Assembly: GCF_001194135.2 (NCBI RefSeq)
Contig: NC_068988.1
Span: 19,874,745 to 19,928,135 of the forward strand
Origin: Octopus bimaculoides
Lineage: Eukaryota
Direction of reading: 5' to 3'
Length of the DNA: 53,391 nt
Below, in pieces: positions 1 through 13,394 of this stretch; the stretch's first letter is position 1, and each line of letters opens with the position of its first letter. The notes below the pieces were generated by a model. That model searched no databases and was not told the origin of the DNA. It was given only the letters and a program-made list of their open reading frames with translations. Made by a program: the position numbers and the translations under genes.

Positions 1-1
1 G

Positions 2-42
<41 letters not shown>

Positions 43-81
43 AATAATAATAATAATAACAACAACAACAATAATAATAAC

Positions 82-140
<59 letters not shown>

Positions 141-160
141 TAATAATGATAATAATAAAT
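1..160. repeat. (AAT)n microsatellite with AAC/GAT variants
   Basis: Direct read of the sequence. Confidence 0.98.
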
Positions 161-660
161 AATGAATGAATAAATATATAACTAAATAAAATAGTGGCAT
201 TATTCCATCATCCGACTTTTAAATACTCGCCTTCCTCTTGTTGAGCAGAGGATCGTAACCTGCGCTTCATCTCTTCCTATTAAACATTGACAAGGTAATT
301 TTACCGCATGCAAACACTGTTGAACTTCAAAGTGGAGCAAAAAAAAAAAAAGAAGTAAAAAAAGAAAACAGAAACTCTTTAACAGTCAGCTTATTTTTAA
401 TAGGTCCGCTATCAAGCCATCACCTTCTCTCTCTCTCACTCCATCTCTATCTATCCCTCTCTTGCCTTGGTTCTGCACTCGCTCTATCCATTCATTCACA
501 ACCACAGCACCGCTTTACACCACTCCAAACCTCGCTACAATACTTTACACAACCTGCAAAACTAATACAGGTGCAATTTTCGCTGATGGTTGAGAACGAT
601 TGAAGAATGTGATGCCAAGCTGTGGGAGAATGGAAGCGAAATAATGAAATATATTTAGCT

Positions 661-673
661 CTTTTCTCTCTCT

Positions 674-723
<50 letters not shown>

Positions 724-1205
724 NNNNNNNNNNNNNNNNNNNNNNNNNNNNNNNNNNNNNNNNNNNNNNNNNNNNNNNNNNNNNNNNNNNNNNNNNNNNN
801 NNNNNNNNNNNNNNNNNNNNNNNNNNNNNNNNNNNNNNNNNNNNNNNNNNNNNNNNNNNNNNNNNNNNNNNNNNNNNNNNNNNNNNNNNNNNNNNNNNNN
901 NNNNNNNNNNNNNNNNNNNNNNNNNNNNNNNNNNNNNNNNNNNNNNNNNNNNNNNNNNNNNNNNNNNNNNNNNNNNNNNNNNNNNNNNNNNNNNNNNNNN
1001 NNNNNNNNNNNNNNNNNNNNNNNGGTATGTGTGTCAGCATTTCTCTACTTTCTGTTCGTGTAAGATTTATATATAATTAAATACAGAAACATATATAGAT
1101 GCATATATATATATATATATATATATATACGCACACACACACACACGCACACACACACGCACACACGCACACAAACACACACTCACATACACACACACAC
1201 ATACG

Positions 1206-1263
<58 letters not shown>

Positions 1264-1310
1264 CACACATTGATGTAGTACATGTAAATAAATATATTTA
1301 CACACACACA
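661..1310. repeat. (TC)n running into N-gap 724-1023, then (AT)n/(AC)n compound microsatellite
   Basis: Direct read of the sequence. Confidence 0.95.
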
Positions 1311-1541
1311 CATGTTTTGGTCGCTTTCTTCTGAATCAGTTTGAAACTAAATGAATATTAAGTGGTTTTCAGTAGAAAGCAACGAAACATGTGAAGGTTG
1401 CTGTTGTAGACTCTTTCGACGTTTACGGTGTGGATGTTTGCCCTCTGTTTTAGGTTAAAATCTTCGTCATAACGAATAAAATCTTTACGTCACTCGTAAA
1501 TGGAAGAAGTTATACATAGTCGTGGTTAAAATATTACCACC

Positions 1542-1700
1542 GGTATGGCTGTATGGTTATGAATGATGTTTTATAAGCACTTGTTTTCGGGTTCAGTCGT
1601 ACTGCAGGCCACATAAGTTGGGTTTCTTCTACTGATCAATATAGCATGAGTGAAGTTGGTATTTGGTTCGGGCCAACTGTGTGGAAGCCTGTTTGTAGAT
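1542..1700 (+). mobile_element. Degraded 5' part of SINE family B (tRNA-like head)
   Basis: ggtatggctgtatggtt...ttttcgggttcagtcgtactgcaggccac parallels the head of the 3943 copy (gctgtgtggtaag...ccgggttcactcccattgcatggcac). Confidence 0.55.
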
Positions 1701-2235
1701 GCGCGTGCGCAAACATACACAGACAGACATACACATATATATGATTTTTCTTTGATCTTAATTGAAGTTCTTATTGAGAGAGTTGAAGCCGTGAGCGAAT
1801 ACAGCAACAAATCTTTTTGAGTTAAGAGAGTTCCCGATGTTTGAAAATATATGGGTGCGCTGGTGTATCGGTTGAACTGTCAATACATACATCCAAGAGG
1901 TGGCATCTATTCTCATAAGAATCTCACATAGAGAATTTTGGGAATATCTTACCAATTTTCACAGTGAGCTAATAGATTGGATTTGGACAATCCGTGTTAG
2001 ATTCTTCTGCTCCATTTCCGTGAAACTAAATGTATTTAGATTTTTGGGCAAAGTTTTTGGTACATAACTTAATGCACGTATGATGATAGGCAGAAATGAG
2101 ATTTCAATGTCAAAGTACAAAAGCTGTAAGGTCCGCATTAATTCGCAATGAATATCCTCTTATTCCTGGACTTTGATTGCACATTCACATTTGCTGGGCA
2201 TGAACGTATGTATGTATATTATGCATGTACTTATA

Positions 2236-2420
2236 TACGGGAGTGGGCCAAAAAGTTCATAGGCTGACCACGATGCAATGGTCAAACTTGACCTACTGTG
2301 TTTTATTTTTCAACATAATCTCCCCTGCGATCAATACAATTCTTCCATCCACGTTGCAGCGTTTGGATTCTCATGGCATAGAAGCTCTCATCCTGACCCT
2401 CAAAAAGTCCTCAACAGAGT
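2236..2420 (-). mobile_element. Mariner 3' end: TIR plus transposase C-terminus (irritans/Himar1-like)
   Basis: Minus strand reads FEGQDESFYAMRIQTLQRGWKNCIDRRGDYVEK*, a typical mariner C-terminus. It ends in TA|cgggagtgggccaaaaagttc, which is TIR-like. The fragment is truncated at the (GAGT)n array. Confidence 0.8.
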
Positions 2421-2421
2421 G

Positions 2422-2655
2422 ATTGAGTGAGTGAATGAGTGAGTGAGTGAGTGAATGAGTGAGTGAGTGAGTGAGTGAGTGAGTGAGTGAGTGAGTGAGT
2501 GAACGAGTGAGTGAACGAGTGAGTAAGTGAGTGAGTGAGTGAGTGAGTGAGTGAGAGAGTGAGTGAGTCAGTCAGTCAGTCAGTCAGTCAGTTAGTGAGC
2601 GAGCGAGCGCGCTAGTGATTGAGCGAGTGCGCGAATGATTGAGCGAGTGAGTGAT
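2422..2655. repeat. (GAGT)n tetranucleotide array grading into (CAGT)n and (GAGC)n
   Basis: Direct read of the sequence. Confidence 0.95.
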
Positions 2656-3324
2656 TTAGAGTGACGGATGTAGATTGAAAATTGAAGTTTTTACTGGTAG
2701 TGTCGTTCTTTTCTTTCGAACATTAAATCAAAGTAACTGCAAACTCAACTCAAACCGCATCTTAGCACGATNNNNNNNNNNNNNNNNNNNNNNNNNNNNN
2801 NNNNNNNNNNNNNNNNNNNNNNNNNNNNNNNNNNNNNNNNNNNNNNNNNNNNNNNNNNNNNNNNNNNNNNNNNNNNNNNNNNNNNNNNNNNNNNNNNNNN
2901 NNNNNNNNNNNNNNNNNNNNNNNNNNNNNNNNNNNNNNNNNNNNNNNNNNNNNNNNNNNNNNNNNNNNNNNNNNNNNNNNNNNNNNNNNNNNNNNNNNNN
3001 NNNNNNNNNNNNNNNNNNNNNNNNNNNNNNNNNNNNNNNNNNNNNNNNNNNNNNNNNNNNNNNNNNNNNNNNNNNNNNNNNNNNNNNNNNNNNNNNNNNN
3101 NNNNNNNNNNNNNNNNNNNNNNNNNNNNNNNNNNNNNNNNNNNNNNNNNNNNNNNNNNNNNNNNNNNNNNNNNNNNNNNNNNNNNNNNNNNNNNNNNNNN
3201 NNNNNNNNNNNNNNNNNNNNNNNNNNNNNNNNNNNNNNNNNNNNNNNNNNNNNNNNNNNNNNNNNNNNNNNNNNNNATATATAAAATATTATTTTGTAGT
3301 CATTTTCCCTCTCATTACTTTTGA

Positions 3325-3395
3325 TTCTTCTTCTTCTTCTTCTTCTTCTTCTTCTTCTCCTCCTCCTCCTCCTCCTTCTTCATCTTCCTTCTTCC
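3325..3395. repeat. (TTC)n/(TCC)n microsatellite
   Basis: Direct read of the sequence. Confidence 0.95.
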
Positions 3396-3942
3396 CCCTT
3401 TACTCCTACTCCTACCATTGCTGATGCTGCTGTCATAATTCCATTCCTTTTTTTTCTGTTAGGGGGAATATTGTATCAACTGCGGAGCGTTCGATTTGTG
3501 CTATATTTTTAAAATGCTCCTCCACCAGATATCAAAAATGATGAAAGACAAAGTTGATCTATAGGGAATTTTGACTCAGAACGCAAACTGGATGAATCGC
3601 AACACGTTTTAACATAAAATTATAAGCTTCTAATATTAAATTGACCGTGAAAATAGCTGAATTACTATATACGCATTCCAGCAACTGTTAATGTTTTTAT
3701 TTAAAACGTATCCTTTGTTATGACAGAGCTCAGGCTAAAGCTTTCCAGGCTAAATCTACAAGGTACATCTCTCACTATGTATCGATATCCACAAGTTTGC
3801 CGCATCCAGTGAGAAGTGCAATTATCTGTACCATCTCATAACCCATTTTGAGCTAAATGACGAAACAATATTATTCAGGACATTTTTCTCTCACATCTGT
3901 AGTATTATAACGTGAATCTCAGAGTTGTTACAAATTTCTACA

Positions 3943-4332
3943 GGCAAGGCTGAAGCTGTGTGGTAAGAAACTTGCCTTTGAACAACACTGTGCCGGGTTC
4001 ACTCCCATTGCATGGCACCCAGGGAAAGTGTCTTGTGAGAGGATTTAGTTGACGGAATCTGAAAGAGGCCCATCGTACGTATATATATGTGTGTGTGTGT
4101 TTGTGTCTTTATGTCTGTAATTGTCCATCACCACCATGTGACAACCGGTGTTACGGTGTTTACGTCCCTATAACTTAGCTGGTCGATAACAAGAGGACGA
4201 TGGAATAAGTACCAGCTGAAAACAACAATAAAAATTAGTCCTGGTGTTGATTTATCGACTGAAACACTTCAAGGTGGTACCCCAGTATGGCCACAGTAAA
4301 ATGACCGAAAGAAGCAAAATAAAAAAGATAAA
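3943..4332 (+). mobile_element. SINE family B, near full length, with internal (AT)/(GT) tract
   Basis: Pol III A-box-like (ggctgaagctgtgtgg) and B-box-like (gggttcactccc) head. Its 3' half matches the reverse complement of 50394-50570. A-rich tail (aaaataaaaaagataaaa). Confidence 0.8.
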
Positions 4333-4457
4333 ATAATTGACTATTCTTACCTGATCCGCAAGTGCACCACCTTCTGCATGCTTTATATTAACAAGCATTC
4401 GTGTGATCTTAAGCATGTATTAGTATGATCGGTTCCATTAAATGTATCAAGAAAAAT

Positions 4458-4617
4458 ACAGCTAGCTAGATGGGGACGAAAGTTCGGTCCGTCACGGGCG
4501 GCACATCTATGGGAGAGGTATCACTTTTGGGTGTGCAATATGTATATTTTGTGGGGGCCCGAGAGCGACAAAATGAAGGGCCACCCCGGGCGGCACGCAA
4601 TTTAGCTACGCTAGTAG
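4458..4617. mobile_element. Small GC-rich non-autonomous DNA element (hAT-like MITE)
   Basis: Degenerate terminal inverted repeats (acagctagctag / ttagctacgctagt) and two internal cgggcggcac motifs (about 4496 and 4588). Confidence 0.4.
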
Positions 4618-5546
4618 GTGCAGTTCCATAATCCCAAACCATCTATTTTGTTGATACTTGAAATGTACGTAATCAACTTGATAATTGAGATACTTCGATT
4701 GGGTGAATCCCTACATAATAACTGATAAAAGAAAACAAAACTTTACTGTTATTGATTGAGGCGCTACGAATAAGCTCCCCCAATAGTGCTTCGATTACAT
4801 TTGCCTTCAGCAGAGGCATTTTTCTAATTTACTCTCAAATACTTATTGTTTTATGTATAGTAAGCCGGAACGCGATAGAACACTATTTCTGCCAAGAAGA
4901 GACTGGAAAGCGCAAATGTTGTACAGGGGTAGCGGGAATGAAGTAAATTTATTAACAGTTTGCAAGTTGTTGAATGTGGGGATGTGGCTCAGGAATAGAA
5001 AAAAGAAGTCTCATTACTGCTAATGTAGTGTGTCTGTGGAAACTGGGTAAATTTATAGCAGCTATTTAGTGAGCGGTAAAACCCTTGTTTGCATGTTATC
5101 CGGTATTATTCAAGTAAAACACACTGGGTTATTTTTTTGAAAAAGGGTTAGGGGAAAAAAGGCAATGACATTAATGCTACAAAACCTCTACATATATTTG
5201 CATAATAAAGATAGCAAATAAAGGATAGCAATAAAATAATTCATAAAAGATCTAAATGAAATACGAGGAGATAGAAATAAAAGAACTGATAAAAGAATTG
5301 ATGGCAATAAAATGCGGTAAATGAGATGAAAATAAAGAGCTAATAATACGAAATAATATGAAGCGCGGATAAAAGAATCGATGGAATTATTAAAATGAAG
5401 GAAATCGCTAGCATTAGACTTGTTACATTTGAACCCCAAATTTAAGGAGATTATCAATATTCGGTCTTTCGCTTTGTGTGTCTACCTGCCTTTTCCTCTT
5501 CTCGCTTTCTTCTTTCCTCTTGTTATCTCTCTCTTCATATATATAC

Positions 5547-5698
5547 ATATGTGTGAGTGTGCGTGTGCGCATGTGTGCGTGTATGTGTGCTTGAATGTGC
5601 GCGCGCTTGTAGTGTGTGTGAGTGTGTATGTGCGTGTGTGCGTGTGTGCGTGTGTGCGCATGTGTGCGTGTATGTGTGCTTGAATGTGCGCGCGCTTG

Positions 5699-5735
<37 letters not shown>

Positions 5736-5740
5736 TGTGT
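5547..5740. repeat. Degenerate (GT)n with an internal duplication at 89-bp offset
   Basis: gtgtgcgcatgtgtgcgtgtatgtgtgcttgaatgtgcgcgcgcttgtagtgtgtgtg occurs twice. Confidence 0.9.
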
Positions 5741-6457
5741 GCAATTGTATATGTAACATATTTCTATGTTTTGACAGATTCCTGATGTGAAATCGTGTGT
5801 TGAAACAAATATTGTTATATTTCCGGATATATATCAATATATTCGTTTTTCACTTCAGAGTTATTATTGTACATATTTTTTGTCCCTGGTCTGGAAAAAA
5901 AATCAGAGAGATAAATAATGAAATTAATGAAATAGATTATGAAATGAAATATGAAATAAATTAATGAACTAAATTATGTGCAAAGTATAGTAAGCAAATC
6001 CTTATAGACAAACACGAAACACACATACAAAACACATAGACACACGTGCACACACGCAGACACACTCTCTTTCTCTCAGACACACACACTCATACATAGA
6101 CATACTCACGCACACACATACAGATGCAAAAGCATGCGCCGATATGGGTACACACTGTAAAAAGATAGAATGGATTCAATAGAACAAGAACAGAAACGTG
6201 GAATGGCAAAAAATGAATGACTATTCCAAAATATAACAACATAACAATAGTGCTCGAAATGTGGACTAGATAGGCAGCCGACAACTTATATAGGGGTCGT
6301 TTTATGTGTGTTATTTGTCCTGCTTTCCATCTTTTTTTTCGTTGCTTGCGTATTTAACTCATTTGTTTTCGTATTTCATGTTGTTTGCTGTTGGTGACGT
6401 CCTATACCCATATATGCACACACAAACAACACAAACACACACACACACACACACACG

Positions 6458-6491
<34 letters not shown>

Positions 6492-6595
6492 CATATATAT
6501 ATTAATCAGATTTAGATTTAGACGGTGTGCTCCGACACGTTTTGCGTCTATGAAAGTTCCATATATATATATATATATAAATATATATATATATA

Positions 6596-6672
6596 TGGTG
6601 GTGGTGGTGGTGGTGATCGTCGTCGTGTTATTATTATCATTATTATTATCATTAGTAGTCGTAGTAGTAGTC

Positions 6673-6768
<96 letters not shown>
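6596..6768. repeat. Compound trinucleotide array (GGT)(CGT)(ATT)(AGT)(AGC)(AGT)
   Basis: Direct read of the sequence. Confidence 0.97.
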
Positions 6769-8110
6769 TTGGGAAGGAAGTAGTTTTGTTTCCTTTATTG
6801 CGAACAATAATATTTCATGTGATGTAAAAGATGTCAGGTCTATACATCTACAGACTTAAAGCCCAACGCTCTCAAGAGCTTGGACGTCCCTCAGTAATAC
6901 GTTTTTCGTCGGTTCCTAACAGTTGAGTAAGTTCCAAAATCTATAGTATATCGATTTATGTCTTACAATTCAAGAAATATTTCCTTTTGTATTAATTCCG
7001 AGTCTAAATGCAATTATCTCAAAATCGGTCTTTTGTTAACAAGTTCACATGAGACTATCTCATAATAATGGTTTGTATTGATTTGCTGTTGGTTGTTTTT
7101 TTATTTTTATTTTATATGGATTGTGTAAGATTAAGAAATTATGTCGCAAAGTAGCGCTGCAGAGGTTAACGAGCAAAATTTTCATAATTTTCTTTTTCAT
7201 ATTCAGGAGCTAATCACCCGTTGAGTTCGAATCGCGAATGTTCGATTTCCTTTCATAGAAAACGCCAGCAGTGTAAAGTTATTTATATGTGCTAATATAT
7301 TACAAAAATAGTTTACATTTAAGACAAAAAATGGTTTTGAGTCATATTTTAAAGAAAGTGGATACGTCTGTAGTAATGAAAGTCGTATGAGAAACTTTTC
7401 TTCTGTATTCCACTTCATCGCTTCCATGTTTCGTGCTGCAGGCATTAACACAATTATGAGTACAAAATTCTAGACGGCATACATTCTGACGAGAACGGAA
7501 TTAGTATTAATTTAGTTTAGGGCGGAGGAAGACAGAAAGTATACTGACAGCAGCAAGGTTGATGAGCGATACGAGTTGGTATAAATGGAAATGGATACAG
7601 TATCAGCAAGCTCTGTAAATCAGACGAATCAATCTTGATAGGAAATGCATATTAAGGTAACAAAACACGTGAGGTCTAGGATATGGAGTTTATTGGTTTC
7701 CTGTCAGCTGGCTTCTGTGTGAAATGTTCTACATTTGCGTGTCTATAAACATCTGTCTTCCCGATTTGAAAACATTTCGACCTTGTGTTAATATATATCT
7801 ATGTTCGTACGTAAAACTCTACCTTCTCACTCAAAATACATAAAAAAAAGTTTCCCCTTTAGCTATGTATCGGGTCAGTTCTGCAATCTTTATCTAAATA
7901 TCGTGCAGAGTCTCAATTGCTGCACACCGGAACATATATCTAATTCATACGCACCAAATCATTTGGTTTATTTTTCTATAAACATTTAGTCAATCATTTA
8001 TTTCACATACTGAGGCTAAAATATTTATTTTCTTCTCATTGCAGTGATAATATATCATGTCATTCGGTTTAATGTATAGCTGATTAGACCGAGTATCAAT
8101 CTGAGCTAGT

Positions 8111-8491
8111 GGTTGGCGCTCCGTCGCTTACGACGACGAGTGTTCCAGTTGATCTGATCAACGGAAAAGCCTGCTCGTGAAATAAACGTGCAAGTGGCTG
8201 AGCAATCCACAAACACGTGTACCCTTAACGTAGTTCTCGGGAAGATTCAGCATGACACAGTGTGACAAGGCTGGCCCTTTGAAATACAGGCATAACAGAA
8301 ACAGGAAGAAAGAGTGAGAGAAAGTTGTGGTGAAAGATTACAGCAGGGTTCGCCACCATCCCCTGCCGGAGCCTCGTGGAGCTTTAGGTGTTTTCGCTCA
8401 ATAAACACTCACAACGCCCGATCTATGAATCGGGACCGCGATCCAAAGACCGCGAGTCTGCTGCCCTAACCATTGGGCCATTGCGCCTCCA
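8111..8491 (-). mobile_element. SINE family A, full length
   Basis: Reverse complement matches the 27405 and 51091 copies end to end. 14-bp TSD with one mismatch: caatctgagctagt (8097-8110) / caatctgagatagt (8492-8505). Confidence 0.95.
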
Positions 8492-8919
8492 CAATCTGAG
8501 ATAGTATATATATCAGTTTACATGCATTAGATACTAATCGATTTCACGAAATTTAAAGACACTACATCTGGCTCCAACTTTTCTGTATGTTTCATACATT
8601 ATATTGAGCAAAGATTTACTTAATGTATCTTATATATTAGTGTTGCGGCGATAGAGAGTCCTATGAGGGGAATTTAGCTGATAACTCAACTAAATGCATG
8701 GAGCACATACGAAGCCAAATATTTGTAAAACGTTAAATGTATGACAAAGAACATACTTAATATATATAGACATATAAGTATATAAACATGAATGTATAAC
8801 AATAGTAATAATATAATGAAGTGTAGGAATATAGATGAAAAGGTTTTTAAAATAAATTGAAAAGATAGTGAATAGATAAAAATAGGCATAAAAATAAGGT
8901 TTCACATTACATATTTAAA

Positions 8920-9160
8920 AAAATATGTTCCAACAGCCATTTCTGGGGTTCATTTGTCCGGTTAAAAAACAAAACTTAAAATTCATTTTCAGAGAATGTC
9001 TCCTTCATCAAGGAAAAAAGCGATTTCAACGCTAGATATGCATTCAGTGCATTGCCAAGGTATGAGATAATTGCAAGCTTTTATAGCAGCACAGATTCAA
9101 TTATGCAAATAATGGAAATCTTTATGAGGGTTGATGTGAGTAAAATTACATTCTTATGGA
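8920..9160 (+). mobile_element. Highly decayed LINE (RTE-like) AP-endonuclease fragment
   Basis: YVPTA (about 8925) and SDFNAR (about 9019) lie about 31 codons apart, like the YAPT...GDFNA motifs of RTE endonuclease. An NNGNL-like motif follows. Frameshifted. Confidence 0.35.
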
Positions 9161-9559
9161 ATATGCTGTAGGATGTTATGTTGTGCAACGGAAATTACTA
9201 AATCTATTATTGAGTACATTCAGACTTATAGACTTGAAAATAGAGTAGTACCTGTGATTACACAAATGAATAGCGACGGAAAACGTATTTAATATAATAG
9301 AATTATACAGGTGAAGGATACAGTAAAATTCTAAAATTCTGAAGGTTAGTGGAAAATTCTGAAGAGGAATTTTATGATTCATTTTTTACGCAGTCTATTG
9401 AAGCCCAGAAAAGGTCGTTGTAGTATATATTTTTAATATTTAACTCCAAAACTCATTTTGATGTCTATTATAATCTCTTTACTATATTTTCAATGGCTTT
9501 TTAATTATATTCCTATACTTCATTATATTGAGCTGAGCTGCTGAGAATCACTTCGGTCA

Positions 9560-9702
9560 TGACTGACCATTGGATTGCACCTAGAAAGTTACCCTCCCAG
9601 GCACAAGTCCGAGCATGGTTGTTTATGGAAGACCAGCATTCGCCCAGGCATACCGGCCTCCCTTCTCCACGCCACTAGTGTTATGCCAGATAAAGGTAAA
9701 GG

Positions 9703-9705
<3 letters not shown>
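9560..9705 (-). mobile_element. GC-richer dispersed-repeat fragment, probably a SINE 3' region
   Basis: Abrupt GC-rich block (gcacctagaaagttaccctcc...ctccacgccac) next to (AT)n and a gap. The family assignment is from memory only. Confidence 0.4.
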
Positions 9706-9736
<31 letters not shown>

Positions 9737-10340
9737 NNNNNNNNNNNNNNNNNNNNNNNNNNNNNNNNNNNNNNNNNNNNNNNNNNNNNNNNNNNNNNNN
9801 NNNNNNNNNNNNNNNNNNNNNNNNNNNNNNNNNNNNNNNNNNNNNNNNNNNNNNNNNNNNNNNNNNNNNNNNNNNNNNNNNNNNNNNNNNNNNNNNNNNN
9901 NNNNNNNNNNNNNNNNNNNNNNNNNNNNNNNNNNNNNNNNNNNNNNNNNNNNNNNNNNNNNNNNNNNNNNNNNNNNNNNNNNNNNNNNNNNNNNNNNNNN
10001 NNNNNNNNNNNNNNNNNNNNNNNNNNNNNNNNNNNNNNNNNNNNNNNNNNNNNNNNNNNNNNTATTCTTTTACAAGTATGTTTATATATTCCTTTATATA
10101 GATTCAAATTATACGTTATAAACATTTGCTCATCATAGTTTTACTGTTGTTTCATATGCGCTTGGGGGGGGGGGCATTTATGGTTCAGTCTTATTATTTG
10201 ATTGTTTCATTACGACTAACCAGTAACTTTATCTCTTAAATTAAAGTATCTGATGTTATTTAGAATTAAACTCGGGAAAATTTGAGTAATTTTAGCCAAT
10301 CAACAAACAGCAAGACATTAGTTGCTTATTACCATGACAA

Positions 10341-10420
10341 CCGCACGTTGTGCTGTGTTGTGTTTCACTTCACCCGCACGCTGTGTTGTGTTTCACTTCA
10401 CCCGCACGCTGTGTTGTGTT
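10341..10420. repeat. 28-bp tandem repeat, about 2.5 copies (gctgtgttgtgtttcacttcacccgcac)
   Basis: Copies at 10352-10379 and 10380-10407, plus a partial third. Confidence 0.9.
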
Positions 10421-10900
10421 GATTCTTTACACCACGAGATTTACTTCATCCGCGCGTTTTGTTTTAATAAAAATTTGTATTTATCAACTAAAATTTTATT
10501 GTAGATATTTTACAGATTTTTTCATATATATTTCGTTAAGTTTTTCGTGTTTACACTCGTTGCAACGAATGTCTTTCAGTTTAAACCCAGGTCAGCCCAG
10601 AAGGAGTCTTTTTGTATTTTTATTGAAGATGTAGGACAAAATTATTTAATGTGTCCTCCATTTGTAAAATGTTAGAAAATAAAGGTGAGGGTGGTTTGGC
10701 TGTTATTTCTAGCAAATTGAACAACCACACAGAGATTACCTCATTGGCTCATTTGCTGATGTGTGTAAGTAAACAAAAACTAAAGGAAATGGATCTTCAT
10801 CTGTTTGTAGGATGATCATTCCAGTCGTATGATCAACTGAACTGGTTAAACATTCAACTGGTATTTATTTTATCAACCCTCAAAGGTTGAAATGCAATGT

Positions 10901-11625
10901 CCTACCGTTGAAGATGTCGAAGAGGCCTACGAAGAATTAACAGACGATGAAGAAATACCTGCATAATTTATCGCGTACTTTGACTTGACTTACATAGGCG
11001 TTGTGAGAGATCGTGGTGCTAGAGGAAGGAGAGAACCACTTTATTCCCGATCGTTGTATGGAATGTTAATCAGCGTATTCTTCAAGAACATCCCAGAACA
11101 AATAATTCTGCGGAGGGGATTCATCTGCGGTAAAGCATACGGTGAGTGGAGCACATTTGAATATTTGGAAATTAATCAAAAATCTGAAGGAAGGGGCAGG
11201 GTTTGTTCAAAGTAAAATGACTCAAATTCTTCGAGGAGATCCGTCAAATTCATGTACACGATATCGATGAATAACTGAATGCCTCAAAAGATTGGTCATT
11301 GAATATGGGTCAAAAAGAAAAATTGATTTTTTGAAGAGTGTGCTATATAATTTGCATCAATATTAAGTGATAGTAATAAATCATTAGTTGTATCTTATTA
11401 CTTTTTTTTTAAATGACTTTTCTTGAATACATTTTTCCACAGTATTTTATTTGAATCTTATCAATAAAATTCTCAATGATTATTTGATTGTGATGCTCAC
11501 CTTGTTTTCTAGTAAGTTTATCTAAATTTGGACAAAAAGTCGTTGCACAAAAAAATTCATCGGACAAAAAGACGTAGACGAAGTGACATTGGACAAAGTG
11601 ACATCGGACGAACAGTCGGGTCACG
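10901..11625 (+). mobile_element. MULE/Mutator-like transposon remnant: frameshifted transposase C-terminus and 3' terminal repeat
   Basis: Across frameshifts it reads PTVEDVEEAYEEL...IAYFDLTYIG...LFPIVVWNVNQRILQEHPRTNNSAEGIH...HLNIWKLIKNLKE, matching the animal MULE motif FP..WN....PRTNN..EG.H...NIWKLI. The end has iterated ggac(a/g)aa subterminal motifs finishing gacgaacagtcgggtcacg. Confidence 0.75.
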
Positions 11626-11839
11626 TGCTTTTATATATGTACACATTTTTGTATATGTATGCACATATGGATATCTAACGTCACACAGTTGGATGTATAC
11701 ATTTGTCTCCATTCAAATAATATAACTGAACGAAGCATTTTGGAAATCCATATAATATGTTCATAGTAACAGTCTCCCCAATCTTAACCTAGCCGAGGTA
11801 ACAAGTTTAACATTTCTTCGTATAAAATTAATACCATCA

Positions 11840-12180
11840 ACACCAAATCCAACCTAATTCGGACCTATACTGTTTGACCAAGTGTAATTTTCGCATACAT
11901 ACTTTTTGAACTCTAAAACAAAACACACACCAACCTCTTTTAATATGAACTGAATTTGACACACCTATTTCTACCTTTACTTCTACGTCTGACAACACTA
12001 ACCAAAAAGACCGTTTCTTTCTGACAAGAATCTGCTTACAAACACATACTTTGTTCCAATCCTCCTTTTGTTTACTACTTCCTACACATCTAATTTCTAT
12101 TTCTACAACGTGTTTCAATTAACACCCGCGTGGTCTTGCTATTCTTCTCAAAAACCAAATCTGCCAAAGACTATACAAAA
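11840..12180 (+). mobile_element. Possible decayed L1/Tx1-type endonuclease fragment
   Basis: TPISTFTSTSDNTNQKDRFFLTR resembles the FT....S.LDRFY motif. Weak, with stops. Confidence 0.25.
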
Positions 12181-12639
12181 TCAATAAGAAGAAAACTAAA
12201 TCCTGAGGATGACGGTGAGCAAGTCGAAAATTCTGAGTCATTGTCAACCTTTCCTGTGTAAAGACTACTAATTATTACTCTCCCTTTCTCTCTCTCTCTC
12301 TCTCACACACACACACCCACATACAAACACACACACGCAAACACTCACACATATGCATAAATATACATACACACTGATGTTGTTCCTGTGGACTATGGCC
12401 CGTAGGTGACGCTTTCAATGCATCGTATAAGCGCTTGGTATTGTTGCTGTAGATAGCTAGGTAGGTAGGTAGGTAGGTAGGTAGGCAGATAGGTGTATAT
12501 AATTGCGACACACCAAATCCTCGGAAGAAAACAGAATATTCGACTTCCTTTTGCATCAGACTTGCGTCTGATGGAACCCTCCTGTTAGAAGAATATATGC
12601 ATATTTTCGTTACGTAGCTTTATTCGAGATACAGTCTTC

Positions 12640-13380
12640 CTGTCCATGTACAGCTGATGGATATTATCCGAGAAACATATAATGATTATAAGCTTAAAAT
12701 GAATGGCAATGAATGTGGTATATGAAATTTGCTATCTTAAGTGTGTTTAATGCAAATGAACCTCATGACAGCAAAAATTACAAAGAAAAATTGCCATGAT
12801 AAAATCTTCTGTTATCACTTTAAAGAGGATTCCTATAAAACACATCAATAAAGGAGGATAGAAAGTAGAAATCTTATCTTAATTTGGTATTCTCAGTGGC
12901 AACTAATAGATTTAAACGCCGAGTTGTAAAATTCCTGATAGAAAACACATAAAGAGCTTCGAAGTTTGGTGTTATGGAAAAATATTAAACATTGGCAAAG
13001 TGTAATAAAAGAACTCAACTACATTTGTACGACCAAATTGGAACTGAGTGCAATTCTCCTAGAGAACAGTCTGAGAAAAATCCTGAAATACTTCGGATAT
13101 GTTATAATTTTTGTTAGAAAAGAACCAAGAAAACGCTAAGATGAAGATCCGGAATGGCATCATGACATTTATATGACTGAAAACAAAACAGTTAGTGCAG
13201 TCAACGGAGGATCGACACGAGGAAGAATATTTAGAGGAACCTCTTGCACTAAAGAATTTGGAAGCTGTAAATTGTGAGACAAAGTACAAGTCTCCAGCAA
13301 ATTCTAATAAGCTACATCGCGTTTTCTCAGTTAAACCATGCACTGATTTAATGAATAGATATGCACCATGACGAGGAAGA
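12640..13380 (+). mobile_element. Decayed RTE-clade LINE 3' ORF2 fragment
   Basis: Frameshifted motifs in the expected order: KLQRKIAMIKS, IKSFEVWCYGKILNI, LRKILKYFGYVI, GGSTRGR (compare RRIAMAK, AFEMWC.RRML, KLKYFGHV, G.R.RGRP). Confidence 0.55.
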
Positions 13381-13394
13381 TTCCGAATAGAACT

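Noticed and set aside
4351-4416. Minus-strand first exon MLKITRMLVNIKHAEGGALADQ with a CAG|GTAAGA donor
   Set aside because: It is a single good donor with no recognisable peptide or downstream exon, as expected by chance in 53 kb.
8993-9059. Apparent 67-nt exon with strong sites (ttcattttcag / AAG|GTATGA), open in two frames
   Set aside because: One frame contains SDFNAR with YVPTA at the right distance upstream, which is better explained as decayed LINE endonuclease. No partner exons were found.
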